Shown here: one piece after another, positions 62,032-64,000 of the stretch | Layout: each line of letters begins with the position of its first letter | How positions within the stretch are numbered: the stretch's first letter is position 1 | DNA from: an uncultured bacterium | Lineage (GTDB): Bacteria > Muiribacteriota > Ozemobacteria > Ozemobacterales > Ozemobacteraceae | NCBI GenBank assembly: GCA_937949615.1 | Contig: CALEDQ010000004.1 | Span: 326,326 to 390,325, forward strand | DNA length: 64,000 nucleotides | Direction of reading: 5' to 3' | Notes under the pieces: generated by a model | What the model saw: only the letters and a program-made list of their open reading frames with translations | Told to the model about the DNA's origin: nothing | Databases searched by the model: none | Made by a program: the position numbers and the translations under genes

Positions 62032-62068
62032 AAAAAGTGGAAATTTTGTGAAAAAGAGGATAAAGTTG

Positions 62069-62084
62069 ACTTAACTTTAAAGTT
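62069..62084. promoter_or_regulatory. 16-bp perfect palindrome TTAACTTTAAAGTTAA overlapping the higB ribosome-binding region (putative TA operator)
   Basis: Read directly from the sequence, 5 nt before the higB ATG. Confidence 0.5.
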
Positions 62085-62088
62085 AATT

Positions 62089-62511
62089 ATGCTTTTATTA
62101 GATCTTCTTACTGACGATGAATATATATGGAAGTTTTATGTATTGGCCAGATCTGAGGAAGATTGCGAATTACACGACTTCCTGAATTCATTGTCTGTAA
62201 AAGATAAGGAGGCCTGGAGCGGTTTGCTGGCAATTATGGAAACAATGGCGGCAGCACCTGAAGGGCCGAGGCTGATGGATTCACTGTCTCACGAAATGGG
62301 AAGCGCAAAATATAAAATTTACAGATTTGAAAAAGGCAGATTAAGAATCGCCTGGTTTTACGGAGAAGGTAATAAAGTCGTCATCTGTTCGCACGGGTAC
62401 TACAAAAAATCTCAAAAGACTCCGGAAAAAGAAATAAAAAAGGCAGAAAAGAATGTTGAGGCCTACCTCAGAGCGGTAGAAGGAAAAGGTGAAAGAAATG
62501 GGAAAAATTGA
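62089..62511 (+). CDS. higB: HigB/RelE-superfamily toxin (Gp49-like)
   Basis: KIYRFEKGRLRIAWFY...VICSHGYYKKSQKTPEKEIKKAEK is a Gp49/HigB pattern. Overlaps the downstream antitoxin gene. Confidence 0.7.
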   Translation: MLLLDLLTDDEYIWKFYVLARSEEDCELHDFLNSLSVKDKEAWSGLLAIMETMAAAPEGPRLMDSLSHEMGSAKYKIYRFEKGRLRIAWFYGEGNKVVICSHGYYKKSQKTPEKEIKKAEKNVEAYLRAVEGKGERNGKN

Positions 62512-62920
62512 CTTCAGAAAGCTCATAAATGAAGCAAAAGAAAGCGAAGCATACCTGGTGGAAAAGGCTTCCATGTCTTTTCTGGTTAAGGTCTGGAAGC
62601 TGATGCGGGAAAAAGAAATAACCCAGAAACAGCTTGCAGAAAGAGCCGGCCTGAAGGAGTCGTATATCTCGCGAATCTTTTCAAGAAAAGGCAATCTTAC
62701 TCTTGCAACCATGGTTAAACTGGCAAAATGCCTCAGTGCTGATATCGAGGTTGGGGTTGAAGCCACAAAAACAGCCTCGAAAAAGCTCGATTATATTTTT
62801 GAAAAACAAGCTCCCACATCTGAAGAAAAAGTAATTTATACAAACATTCACCACCTCAATACCAGTCACTGGAAAACCAGCGAGGATGAAGGCTATGAAA
62901 GAATCAGTCCTGCAGCTTAG
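62489..62920 (+). CDS. higA: HTH-XRE antitoxin (HigA-like) with a ~50-aa C-terminal extension (putative chaperone-addiction region)
   Basis: LMREKEITQKQLAERAGLKESYISRIF is an XRE-family HTH. A C-terminal tail lies beyond the HTH. Overlaps both neighbouring genes. Confidence 0.7.
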   Translation: MKEMGKIDFRKLINEAKESEAYLVEKASMSFLVKVWKLMREKEITQKQLAERAGLKESYISRIFSRKGNLTLATMVKLAKCLSADIEVGVEATKTASKKLDYIFEKQAPTSEEKVIYTNIHHLNTSHWKTSEDEGYERISPAA

Positions 62921-63326
62921 AGACTACTTTATAACTAAAACATCTGTTGAACTGAACCAGGAATTCAGACTTGATGAACCATCAAGTCTGAATGTTGGGG
63001 ACTTAAGCCTGGAGATCAGCTCAAATACTCTTGCTCACCCCGACACCAGAGAAGAAATTTTCAAAGTTGAACTGAGAGTCGCAGTAAAAAGCGAAAATCT
63101 TAAAAAATGCAATATCCCCTATTGTTTCGATATTTCCTCAGTAGGAATTTTCGTGCTTGGGGAAAGCTGCCAGGAAAATAGAGAAAAAGTCGCGGTAATA
63201 AATGGCGCGTCAATACTGTTTTCATCTGTAAGAGATTATCTCGCCGGAATTACCGGGCAAGGCCCTTTTCGGCGAATAGTTCTGCCAACAGTTGATCTGA
63301 GAAGCCTGGAAAAGAACGAAAAATGA
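62886..63326 (+). CDS. SecB-like chaperone (third component of the toxin-antitoxin-chaperone module)
   Basis: Collinear with E. coli SecB: EIFKVELRVAVKSE...CFDISSVGIFVLGE...ILFSSVRDYLAGITGQGPFRRIVLPTVDL. Confidence 0.65.
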   Translation: MKAMKESVLQLRDYFITKTSVELNQEFRLDEPSSLNVGDLSLEISSNTLAHPDTREEIFKVELRVAVKSENLKKCNIPYCFDISSVGIFVLGESCQENREKVAVINGASILFSSVRDYLAGITGQGPFRRIVLPTVDLRSLEKNEK

Positions 63327-63385
63327 ATCCAGGATCGAATTTTTTCAAACCTGGATTCTTCAACAACCCGGGGCTTATTGCCGAA

Positions 63386-64000
63386 TCAGTTCTTTTCTGT
63401 CTGATTAGCCGAATCGAAGATCGAGCCGACTTCGAAGATGGTGCGGCGGGCAGGCTGCCAGTTGGCTTTGAAAAACTGGGTGGTAAGTTCTTCGGGGGCG
63501 CTTTTCGCAGTTTTCGAAGTGTATTCGTCGCTGATGAGCAGCAGCAGACTGCTCAGAAACTTTGTCGGGCCCTGCGGCATCGGCAGCGTTTTCCAGTTGT
63601 CTTTGAACTGCAGAGGGTTTTTCATGACTCTGAGAACCTGGGCCCGGCCGGGTGCGTAATGGCGAAGAAAACAGTGATAAGCTTCGTCATCGCTTTTCAG
63701 AGTCTGAAAATTCTTTTCACAGGCCTGCAACAGAGCCTGATGAAAAGCAGTCACACCGAGCATGCTGTGTTCGACACTGCCGGGGCTGGCTTCAGCAGTT
63801 ATGCCGGGCATGGATTTCGGTTTGAGATAAATTGAATAAAACACAACCGAAGCAAGAAAGCTTTTCTGCTCAGCCTGGCCGGCATTTTTAACCAGCAGTG
63901 GCGGAAACGGCGTCGGCGCTGTGAACTGACGTTTCGAAGAGTCGATAAGACCCATTTTTACAACGAGATTGCGCCGATCGGCCATGAACGTCGAGATCTC
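63386..64000 (-). CDS. Hypothetical protein, 5'-partial (frame open to the window edge)
   Basis: The ORF continues beyond 64000. No motif recognised. Confidence 0.35.
   Translation of the reverse strand, partial: EISTFMADRRNLVVKMGLIDSSKRQFTAPTPFPPLLVKNAGQAEQKSFLASVVFYSIYLKPKSMPGITAEASPGSVEHSMLGVTAFHQALLQACEKNFQTLKSDDEAYHCFLRHYAPGRAQVLRVMKNPLQFKDNWKTLPMPQGPTKFLSSLLLLISDEYTSKTAKSAPEELTTQFFKANWQPARRTIFEVGSIFDSANQTEKN

Overview
This 64 kb window looks like a Gram-negative chromosome (the signalling architecture resembles deltaproteobacteria). It has a housekeeping/signalling left half and an accessory right half. Left half, 1-34.7 kb: (i) a multi-step phosphorelay cluster made of a CHASE-PAS hybrid sensor kinase, a REC-histidine kinase and a REC-RsbW-like kinase; (ii) a gliding-motility-type ABC transporter (GldA/GldF/GldG-like) followed by a DUF4340 protein fused to a parvulin PPIase; (iii) an HDOD protein; (iv) a DUF1538x2 membrane protein with a triple P-II-like partner; (v) a secreted HExxH metalloprotease-like protein; (vi) tRNA-Ser(CGA); (vii) an LtaS/sulfatase-family membrane enzyme; (viii) a TetR regulator flanked by four palindromic operators; (ix) tRNA-Leu(GAG) on the minus strand; (x) a DUF2971 protein; (xi) a radical-SAM protein; (xii) an ECF sigma / anti-sigma / KE-rich periplasmic protein operon; and (xiii) repetitive secreted proteins. 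Right half, 34.8-64 kb: an ~18 kb integrative island inserted at tRNA-Gln(CTG). It is bounded by a 20-bp direct repeat (attL 34843-34862, attR 52870-52889). It carries a P4-type tyrosine integrase, an AlpA-like regulator, a P4-family primase/helicase, a complete Type I RM system (hsdM-hsdS-[GIY-YIG/DUF4357]-hsdR) and an ERF plus Cas4-like nuclease recombination module. Directly beyond attR lie a RhuM-family gene, a second Type I RM system (hsdM-[DUF3800]-hsdS-[DUF4145]hsdR) and a tripartite HigB-HigA-SecB-like toxin-antitoxin-chaperone (TAC) module. The 34.8-63.3 kb stretch is therefore a defense island at a tRNA hotspot. No CRISPR array or rRNA was seen.
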